The position numbers and the translations under genes were made by a program. From NCBI GenBank assembly GCA_964106645.2, contig OZ067043.1: a DNA stretch of 64,000 nt; one strand, given 5' to 3'. The notes beneath the pieces are model-generated. The model searched no databases and had not been told where the DNA came from. It was given only the letters and a program-made list of their open reading frames with translations. The DNA is from Podarcis pityusensis. Its lineage: Eukaryota. Positions 54,102-64,000 of the stretch are shown here, piece after piece; position 1 is the first letter of the stretch; each line of letters begins with the position of its first letter.

Positions 54102-54287
54102 CTCGTCAGGAACCATAACAAGAGGGTACTTGTCTTCGGATAAGAAGTTAAAGAGACACCAAAGTTTGAAAGCATCTTCATGGGATACAACGCTATTCCC
54201 ATTCCGGTTTGGCTTGTAATTCTTCTTTGCTGTCAAGGTCCAGCAAAGCTCATCAAAACTCTCCTTGACAAAAGCACCTTCTTCTAC
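54102..54287 (-). CDS. DEF6: DEF6 exon 3
   Basis: 186 nt, [24 protein letters not shown]...[21 protein letters not shown]. Confidence 0.95.
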
Positions 54288-55769
54288 CTGCAAACAAAAC
54301 GTAAGTGATAGCTCTAGTGTTCTGGAGCAAACAGTGTGATGCAGCAGCAAGCAAACCAACAAACCTAATGCAATTCTAGGCTGCATCAACAGAATTACAG
54401 TGGCCTAATCAAGTGACTGGTTGAGTGGAGTGATGAGTACCAGAGCACATGGAAATGCCATTTACCTTCCCATCACAGCAGTACCTATTTATCTATTTGC
54501 ACTGGTATGCTTTGAAACTGCTAGGTTGGCAGAAGCTGGGACAGAGCAACAGGAGGTCACTCTAACCACTACACCACACTGGCTCTCAGGTGTCCAGTCA
54601 GGTGGTGCATGCTGGCAATGATTAGGGTCAAAGCCAGCAATGGGTAGGGCCAGAGACACCCTCTTATTTCTCTCTCTTTATGTTACAGCCTTTTCTCTCT
54701 CGCACCCCTCTTTACCTCTTCCTTTCTATCCAACAGACTGTCAGTGGAAAGACAGGTCGCTCTTTCCAGAGGTCTGAACTGACCATTTGGAAAGGGCTTC
54801 TCCCCCTCACCCTTCCATTGCTACATCTGTTTTGGCTCACTCCCCATTTTTTCCTCTGACACCTTCCTTCTCTCCCTCTGGGCTCCCCCCTCCCACTCAA
54901 ATTCAGTTGTGCGATATATATGGCCTTCAGACCAGAGGTTACTCTCCTACGGTTTAATCTTTGGCAGTGGAGTGCATATACATATTTCGCATCTGATGGT
55001 AGCCAGTTATTATCTCAAAGCACCTTGTTTTAGCTCTTTCTAAGGGACATACCATTTAGACACTGGGCTTAGGAACCCTCCAGGTGCCCTTTCTCTTGGG
55101 CATTCATGTTTGTGATGCTTGTGATGATATTGAGGCAGTCCTGCTTTCATCACAGTTTTCACCTACATAGGTTTTGGGGTGTCACACTGCTTCATTTCCA
55201 ATCAGTGCATCTCATGTAACATCCTGCTAAAACCCCATAACTTTTTATACCATGAATGTTCTGGTTTATTTCTGTTCCTGTTTTGCTATAGCACCCCAGG
55301 ACAGCAATAATGCGGTAGTACTGGGGAAGCATCGCAAAAACAGCTAATAAAACAGAATAAATTCACCACTCCCTTCACTATTATTGTGTCAAGAACTTGT
55401 TGCAAAACACACTTGCCATAAAACACTAGTCAGGGAGGGACCCAGCAATTTCCCTCTCATAAAGAGATGAGAAAAGCTTCTTCTTCTGCAATGTCCTTAT
55501 CTGCACAACTGTTGGTGATAAAAGAGTCCAATATCCTTTTGCATCTGGTTACTTTAACTAACTAGCAATGGATGAACTCATTTTTGCTTAGCTGGGGTAT
55601 TGGCATTTACAAACTTTCTTGCTGAGTATTCAGAAAATAGTTCATCTGTTTTCTGAGCACTCTCTCCTAACTTATAACACTGCACTGGCAGATGTGTCCT
55701 AATGCACCTTAATAATAATATTCCTCCTTTGGTAGTGTGGCTCCGAGCACCAGCCATGGTGGAGAACTA

Positions 55770-55979
55770 CAGTGGTACCTCGGGTTAAATACTTAATTCA
55801 TTCCGGAGGTCCGTTCTTAACCTGAAACTGTTCTTAACCTGAAGCACCATTTTAGCTAATGGGGTCTCCCTCTGCTGCTGCACCACTGGAGCACGATTTC
55901 TGTTCTCATCCTGAAGCAAAGTTCTTAACCCGAAGTACTATTTCTGGGTTAGCGGAGTATGTAACCCAAGGTACCACCG
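55770..55979. mobile_element. Tc1/mariner-type MITE (same family as 5203)
   Basis: Same TIRs and body, TA flanks. Confidence 0.85.
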
Positions 55980-56661
55980 TACTTGGAAAATCCAGCCACC
56001 ATCTCTTCCCCCCCCCCAAACCCCACCCCTGGAATAAAAGAGGCTTTTAGAGCCAGATGGGGAGAATAAACCACACATTTACAAGAAACCATCCAAGTAA
56101 ATTGACTCAGATAATACAGATTAATTAGTCTTTTAACTTTTGTCATTGTTCTCTTTTTTAAAAAAAAAAACACTTTTGCATTTCTGTTAATTTTCAATTA
56201 CAACATACTATTTCACCTACTCATAAGAATTTTAGATACTAGTCATAGCTCAGATGAACACATGCAACAATTCCCCAAAGTTCAAGGGAACCATGACGTT
56301 GACTAAGATAGTGTGAGGACACAAAAAGAGCCTGCTGGATCAGGACAGTGACCCTCTCAGCGAGCATCCTGTTCTCACAGTAGCCAACCAGTGGCTTGTG
56401 AATCATCAATATTATCATCTCCCATGTGGTAGAGGAGAAAGGTGGTTGGGAGAGATTGAGGCTGAGAGAGACTGGCTTGCCCAAGGCCACTTAGCGAGTT
56501 CATGGCAGAGATGACATTTGAACTAGGGAAATACCGATTCATAGCCCAGTCTGTTAGCCACCAGCACTCCATTTGCTTCCCCTGTGCAATTGCATCAAGC
56601 TTCAAAAAGTACTATGCAGTAAGGGAAGTGATACACAATTGTTCCCTGGCTCTTTAAACAG

Positions 56662-56662
<1 letters not shown>

Positions 56663-56703
<41 letters not shown>
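56663..56703. repeat. (GT)n microsatellite
   Basis: Direct reading. Confidence 0.95.
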
Positions 56704-56705
<2 letters not shown>

Positions 56706-57946
56706 GTTATCTGGCCATCTTCCATAGCTAGTCTCTAAACTACTGTTTCACAGTTTTCATCCAGCAAAAGGTTACCATGCCAAGATAACACTAGGCAGAT
56801 GTGCCAGTTCTGCCACTAGTTAATGGGGACCAAAAGGATAATGAAACAGCTATGATCATCCTTGTGATTTGTAGCTGGGGTTGCCTGCATATAAATTGGC
56901 ATTCAGATCATTTGGAGTGGGCAGCGAGTGGCAGCCAGCCAGGAATTCAGCACATGCCCCATGACTCAAGCTTGTGCTTTATCCAAGGCACGAAAGAGTC
57001 CAGAGCTCCCTGCATAATGCACAGCTGACACGTAAACCATGTTCTGCAAATAAAAGAGTCTAAATTCTCTCTGAATTTAAACCTTAAGTTTTAAAGCCTG
57101 AAGCCTAGCATTGCCAACTAGGCCTTTCTGGTATCTTACAGTCCTGCAAAGTGTGCCTGTTATTTGGGAGAGTCTTAAGGCTACATCCACGTAAAAGCTG
57201 TCTAGATTTCCAAGTTGGAACACTTGTGCATTATCAGAAAATTCCCTGGCAAAAGTAGCTACCTTTTTGCTTCAGGTCACAAATATGCCACTAAGCAAAA
57301 GTCTGACTATGCAGAAAGCACCACCTGCTAGCTCTGGGGGGCAAATCAGGATTGAAACCTCTAGACCATGTAGATTACAGAAAACAGGATGCACAGGGTA
57401 AAGTGCATCCAGTTTTCAAAATCAGCACTCTGTTGATGTGTCCTAATCGTGCCAGTGCATCAAAATCCAGAAGATGCAGAGAAAAGCAGCCACATACAAG
57501 ATGATACAGATTAGGAATATGTTCTGAGTGTGTTCTGTGTACTTGGTTGTAAGGGAATTCAGAAGTGCCCAGATTACAGGGGTCCAACTTGATAAATTGT
57601 ACCATTCATCTTTGTTGAAAAAGAAAAACAAAGCCTAAGTTATTCACCTTGAAAATCCAGAATTCTCTAATAATAATAATAATTTATTATTTTATTGTTT
57701 ATACCCCTCCCATCTACTCATAATTAATGAAGCTAGTTTGAGTGTGTTTAGCAAATTCATATACATTAACCTGACCTACAAGCCTTGGAATTTTAATTTC
57801 ACAGAATTTTGGGAGTGCATTGGCAAAGACTGGGGTGTGTGATAGTTGGAAAGGAGAAACGTGTTCGTTCTGAAACAAAACCTGATTGTATGTCAAGATC
57901 TGAGATTCCCTGCTATGCCAAGAGAAACATAGGGCACACATAGGGG

Positions 57947-58045
57947 TGTTTTCAATGCTAGTCCTACTCACAGTAGACCCTCTAAAGATAATGGACTTAG
58001 GTTCATTAGTTTCAATGGGTCTACTCTGAGTAGGTCCAGCATTGA
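57947..58045. repeat. Short hairpin repeat family; other copies at ~20110, ~25125 and ~36385
   Basis: CCTACTCA.AGTAGACCC...GGGTCTACTCTGAGTAGG inverted arms, recurring in the window. Confidence 0.65.
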
Positions 58046-59482
58046 CTAAAATCCATAGCTATGAAGCCAATGCAAACCACTTGGATCTTCTGTAGGCATA
58101 TTTGTGACCTTTTACACTAGGGTAAAAGGGCTTTCCTGAGGGCAAATCCGCCCCCCAACCCGTGCTTGACTCAAAACAGCATGTCTTCACAACTGATAGA
58201 GAGCGACATCACAATCAGATCATTTATTTCAAAACAGCATGTTCTCTATATGCATGAGTTTGTTTCCTTAATCATTTCACACTTGAGCTGTTTCGGCTGC
58301 TGCTGGGTGGTGAGTCACTGGAGAAGGTAGCATGTTTCCTGCTAATTGGAGGAGATATCCAAATTAACAGAAAGAGTATTCTCAGACTGCATTCCCACCT
58401 TGAGGCAAGATTATTCTGTTGGGCTTGTGGTTGCAGTGCAAGTCAGGCCTACTCAATAATGTGGAGTGGGGGGGGAGGGAGGGAGGGAGTGGACCCCAAA
58501 TGACATTCACAAACTCCACCCCAGGACTGCACCAAAGCATGCCCCTCAAAGCCTTCTAAAAACAATAAAAAACAGTGGAATCCTAAACTGGCTTCCTCAA
58601 ATCTACTCAATGGGGTGTACTCCCTCCTAGGTGTGCTTTGCACTGCAACTTAAGTATGGCATCCCAAAAGGCAAGGGCACTGGGCCCCTGTAATTTGAGC
58701 TCTCCTGAATTCACTTACAGCAGGAATGTAGAACAAGGGCCCCTGCAGATGCTGCTGGACCACAACTCCCAATTCCCTGATGAGAGGTGGAGTCTAGCAA
58801 CTGGAAGGCTACAACCTTACCTTACAAGGAAGAGTTTTGTGCTCAAGAGTTGTATATAACAAAAGGGCTCACATGCTCGCTGCTCCTCCCCTTCTTCTTC
58901 CTACCTGCCCCCCTCTCCCACAACCAGTCATCACGGTGTAGCACAATTGAGGAAGGATGCTAATGTCCTTCATCAGAAAATCAGGCATTAGGGGGACCAG
59001 AAAAACCGAGAGGGAGCCTTCAGAATGCTGAGTGCTGCCACCACTTTGCTGTGATGGCAAATACTGTTTAAAGCAGGAATGGGGAACTGGTGGCCTTCTA
59101 GCTTTTGTTAAACCCCAACTCCCATCACCGGCAGCCAACAGGGCTGTTGGTCAGGGATGATAGGAGTTGTAGTCCAACGAGGCCTGGAAGGCCACAGGTT
59201 CCCCCCACCCCTGAGTTGTGGTTTAACAGTGAAACTTTTGAACAGTTTTTGCCACCATAGCAAAATGGCTCATGGTGTGTCTAGGCTTCAAGTTGCTCTA
59301 TGGCTGGCAAGATTGGTGTGTGTTTGTGTAAAGTGGCTGGTGGCAGCTGCAGTGGGAAAGTAGTGGGCAACAGAAGTGGAGAGGCAGCAAGCCCTTGCTT
59401 GTTCTGCCACCCTCGGACTCCACCTCCTTATCCAAAAAACTCAACTTGCCACATGGCAGGAACAACCCTATGAAGCTGCCAT

Positions 59483-59485
<3 letters not shown>

Positions 59486-59543
<58 letters not shown>

Positions 59544-59550
59544 TGTGTGT
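59486..59550. repeat. Compound (CT)n(GT)n microsatellite
   Basis: Direct reading. Confidence 0.95.
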
Positions 59551-60504
59551 CTAAGCCTGGAGAAGACAGCTCATAACATTCCCCTTCAAGGAACAAAGAT
59601 GCCTTTGAAATACAGAGAACCAGAGAGAAAAATCAGGCTTTAGGAATCCAGTTTCTTATTTTAAAATCTTCTCTTCCTAACAAGCATCCAAACAGATCTT
59701 TAAGATGGGGTTTTTGCCAGCAGACTTTTAAAATTCATTTGAATCTCATTGACACAGATTTGCACATTCCCCAGGGCTTGATGGTGGGTTGTGGGGAGAG
59801 GAAGAGAAGCAGCAAACCTGCACCTGTTTGCTGTCCCGTTTTCTCAACCTTAAGTAGGATTCCATTCACACTGAAATGCTCTGAACCCACCAAAGCCAAG
59901 TATTCCATGCAAGGGGCTTTGATACTGCTTCACAGTCCCTCTATATAAAGTGCTCATGAATATGAAAATCAGGATTAACAGCTTCCTTCCTTGAAAGCCT
60001 GGGAGGTACTCAAGAAACTATGATTAACTGAAAATCCTCCAAGTAGCACAAATCTGACCACACTTGGAAGGGGTGACATCCTATTTCTGCTTCCTTCCTC
60101 CTTTGTGCCTCACACGTCATACACAGCTTTCACGTAAAATGTGGGTTGCCTCTTCCTTTTTGCCCCTCTACCCATTCACATAAAATGTGGGTTGCCTCTT
60201 CCTTTTTGCCCTGTTCAGGGAAGTTTTTAATGTATGACATATTAGTGTATTTTTGGTCTTTGTGGAAGCCGCCCAGAGTGGCTGGGGAAACCCAGCCAGA
60301 TGGGCGGGGTACAAATAATAATAAATTATTATTATTATTATTATTATTACTCTTTTCCCCACTCAGGGGAGTGCTCCAAGTAAGTTGATCCACTTAAACA
60401 ATTGTTCGGTGTCTTATTTACATTTTTTTTTAAAAAAGCCAAACTCAGTCAGTGGGGGATTTTAAATTGAAAAACTGCTTTGGGGATGGGGTGGGAGGTG
60501 GACA

Positions 60505-60700
60505 AGGCACAGCTGCAGCTGAATGATAGACCATCTGCTTAGCAGAAAGAAGGTTCCCAAGTTCCATCGCCAGCATCTCCAAATAGGGTTAGGAAAGACT
60601 GCTGCCTGAGACTTTGGAGAGCTGCTGCCAATCAGTGTAGACATTATAGAGCTAGATGGACTAATGGTCCCACTTGGTATAAAACAGCTTCCTATGTTCT
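60505..60700 (+). mobile_element. tRNA-derived SINE; relatives at ~30893-31190 and ~61470
   Basis: tRNA-like head and shared body GGAGAGCTGCTGCCA.TCAGTGTAGACA...GAGCTAGATGGAC. Confidence 0.7.
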
Positions 60701-60973
60701 TCCCATAGCTGTTAACTTTTCCCTTTTCTTGTGAGGAATCCTATTCGGAATAAGGGAATTCCCCTTAAAAAAAAGGAAATGTTGACAGCTATGGTTCTTC
60801 CTGTTACATCTCAAATCACCAGCCAATCATCAGTGTGCACAGTTGCTGCTGCTGGAAACTAGGAAAACTGTTCCTTTCCCGTCCTGTGTTTGATACTGCC
60901 TAGACACTTGTAGGGCCCTAAGTTCCCCATCCCTGATCTAAGAAGAAGGAGCTTCAAGGGGAAATGGGCTTAC

Positions 60974-61114
60974 CTTGTCCAGGATGTATTTGTTGAGATA
61001 TGGCATATACCCTTGACTTGATACTGGCCCATCGTCATCGTCCTTGAAGTGTTCCTCCAATGCCACAGGATCATGAGGGATGCACAGCACGGTGTACAGG
61101 TTGTGAGAAAGCAC
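60974..61114 (-). CDS. DEF6: DEF6 exon 2
   Basis: 141 nt, [47 protein letters not shown], with CAG| and |GTAAG. Confidence 0.95.
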
Positions 61115-64000
61115 CTGAGAGAGCAGAGGAAAGACAGGCCATCAGGACAAGACAGAACCAAATTAGACACAAGGAGGGCAGACTTTTTTCTTTTTTTCTC
61201 ACGTCTGCCTTATTGACATAACAAGTAGGGAATGGAGTGGGGAAGGGTTCAGCCTCCCTCACCCACACATCTCTACTGATGCCCCATGTCTTTTTGGCTT
61301 AAACATGAGCAAATGCAGACACATGAATGATAACCTTGGCTGCCAAAACTATGGTCCCATGATACTTGAAAAAATAAAACAGTCTGGATTAGGGCAATAT
61401 CTTCCCATTTGATATGTGGCACTTCAAGGATTAAACTATTTAGCTGCTAAGCAATTGGATGAAAAGTGGGGTTGAGCAGCACCATAGCCAAGATGCTCTG
61501 CGGATTCAATCCCCAGCATCTTCAGGTAGGACTGGAGAAAGACTCGTCTGAAAACCTAGAAACTCGGTGTAAGGCAATTTCCTATGTTTCTATAAAAGAA
61601 TATCCAACACTTTAAAGTTTAAAGGCATCCCAGAATACACTTCTGACTCACACCCTGAAATTACCCTCAAATAGAAAGAAGGAAACAATTCTGCAAATAA
61701 ATGGTGGGTTTAGGGATTTATTAACCCAATCAAGCTTTCACCCAAATAATAAATGCATTGCTTGGAAGAAAATCCCACATGCTGTCAATAAAACTTACTA
61801 TCAAGGAAGTGTGCCTAGGACTATGATCTTTTCCATATGATTATTAGATTCAAAAGGGGGTGCAGCTGTGTGCCTTAAATTTTTGTAGAAAAGAGATTAC
61901 TAGGAAGGGCAGCTTCTTCTACCTTTGCTGTATTGGATTGCCAGCTCCCCACCCCACCCCCTGCCCCATAGGTCTCATGTGCCTTTAATAGTCACATGAC
62001 AGGCAGAGATTCAACAGCTCAGAATTGTACCATCCATCGCTAGTAGCTTCGTATTGGAAAAAGCTTCAGCTGTTAAGTTTCAGCTCTCATCCAGCTGTTT
62101 GTGCATAGGAGCTCTGCAAGGGGCAAAGGGGTGGGGAAGTTGGCAACCCTACAGCAGCACTATAATGAAAGAGAAACTGCCTGCTGAGAAAATCTCTTCA
62201 GTGCAAATATTAAGAGGAGAAGGGGACCTTGTCCTGCATTGAATGTCTCATCCCTGATTTTCCATCCCCATAACCAAAAAATAGAAGGCAACTGCTCCCT
62301 CCCTCAAAACCAAGCTGTGATTAGCTGGCATCATCTGAAACTCACCCTATTCATCTTTCACATTCAACCCAGCATAATGGTGTTTGGTATTGAGTGCTCA
62401 GCTATTGGAGGGTAAATAATCTCCAAACAATGTAAAATTCTCTCCTTTGTCTGAGTGTGTACCACTTCTGGAACCGATATACGTGCTGTTGTAGAACAGA
62501 TGTCCTGGCTGCACTCCAGGTAGGCAAACTGCTTGCCATAGGTGACTTGGGCATGGGGGCGGGGGGGGGGAGAGACTGGGGAAAGTTTACATAAAAGGCA
62601 CATTGGGTAATTCCAAAAGACCAGGCTGCCAAGGTGAATAAAGCTTAGTTAGCCAGAAGAGGCTCACTATTGCCAGAAAAACGACTGCTATCTGCTGCAG
62701 TGTCTGCCTGAGGGCCTAGTCAGATATATGTGAAAGGATCTCCCAACAGTCATTTTCTTTACTTAAAAAACAACAGCAGAAAGACCCCAAATTGGATCAA
62801 GGCCATCGTGTTGGCAGAGGGGAATAGTAGCAACAGTGATGTCTATGTTCTGCTTTTCTTTGAGTTTATTTATAAAGCAGATAACATACAAATTAAAAAT
62901 AATAAAACATCAAATATAAACAAAGTAAAAGCATAAACAATACAAACAGAATGAACTGGGAGCGTGTGACTTCAGGAAGACAGGAAACGGCTTTATACTG
63001 AGCCTGACTAAGTGGTCCATCTCAGTATGTCTACAGACCAGTAGCAGGTCTCCAGGTTTTCAGGGACAGGGAGTCTCTCCCAGCCCTAGGTGGAGATGCT
63101 GAGGGTGTAATTTGAGGTATGGCCTTTCCTCTGCATTGTATCAGCAAGGGCTGAAATCTTAACCTCATTTACTTGGGTGTAAGACCCACTGAATTCAATG
63201 GGACCAACTTCTGAGTAGACATGGTTAGGCTTCAAGAAACCCGCTGAAATCAATAGACTTCTCCTTTAATTTCAGTCTTCTCTGACTATGATATAGTTGG
63301 ATATTTCTTTAGGAAGCAACCAGCAACCCCTGGAAAGTTAACTGGCTGACGAGTTTTACTACTCTCAGATTATGTTAGCTATGTTTTATATTGCATTTGT
63401 AGATACTCTGGTTTTGCCACAACAGGTTAAGTTAGCCACTTCTCTGAGAGGCTACTTTAGCCACTTCTGGAACTGAGAGGGTACTCCCCTTCCTGACAAC
63501 CAAATTTTAGCTTTCTAGGTCCATGCATAGCCCCAAACATCCCAGTCATGAGATAAGTCTGAAAGCAAGGGGGGGCGGAGGAGGAGACAGAAAATCAAGT
63601 CTGCTAGAGAAAGGTGAGAAGATGAATAAGTATCACCTCTGCAGTTATGTTGGGCTCTGCCAAAACCTGTCTGCAGTATCAAACTAGATGTGACCTGGGA
63701 GCTCCATATTTGGAGCTTCTTTCTCAAAAAGCAGCTGTGGGAGGAGGGGGATTCGGATTAGGGCCACAGTGCAGGCAAAGGATGCCACAGCCTCAATCTA
63801 TTATCACGCCCTCCCCCAAAGGTGCTATTGGCCACAAGGGTGGGTGGAAATTTATGGGTTTAAGGGCTTGAATTAGAATTACAGTCCATTCATGCTTTAC
63901 TCTCTTAACTATCTTAAGTGGAAACTGTTAGAGGGCACATCCTATCTGCTTTCCTTAACATTCATCTCTAAGAGGTAGGTTTGAGTGAGCTGCTGTCTGG

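Noticed and set aside
38556-61114. SWAP70 as the identity of the multi-exon gene
   Set aside because: Residues ([25 protein letters not shown]) and the exon sizes match recalled DEF6 better than its paralogue.

Overview
Eukaryotic genomic DNA from a squamate reptile, probably a lacertid lizard (Sauria SINE, CR1, L2 and Tc1/mariner-type MITE landscape). The right half holds exons 2-11 of DEF6 on the minus strand, with GT-AG junctions and a continuous reading frame; exon 1 lies beyond the right edge. A CpG island at ~29.7-30.7 kb carries a minus-strand non-coding first exon, and a second non-coding exon sits at 25723-25813. Synteny with DEF6 and recalled similarity to the human 5' UTR suggest these belong to PPARD, whose coding exons would lie left of the window. 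The main discovery is inside that intron: a solitary, uninterrupted retroviral envelope gene (8724-11084, minus, 786 aa from the likely ATG). It has a signal peptide, an RVKR furin site, a fusion peptide, a long Cys-rich TM subunit and a membrane anchor. I saw no gag, pol or LTRs around it. It is in the host sense orientation with a strong splice acceptor just before its ATG, which makes it a candidate domesticated env expressed from the host promoter. A second oddity is a decayed chimera of CDC42BPB exon 1 and the OTUD1 catalytic domain at ~3350-3695. All homology calls come from recalled sequences, not database searches.
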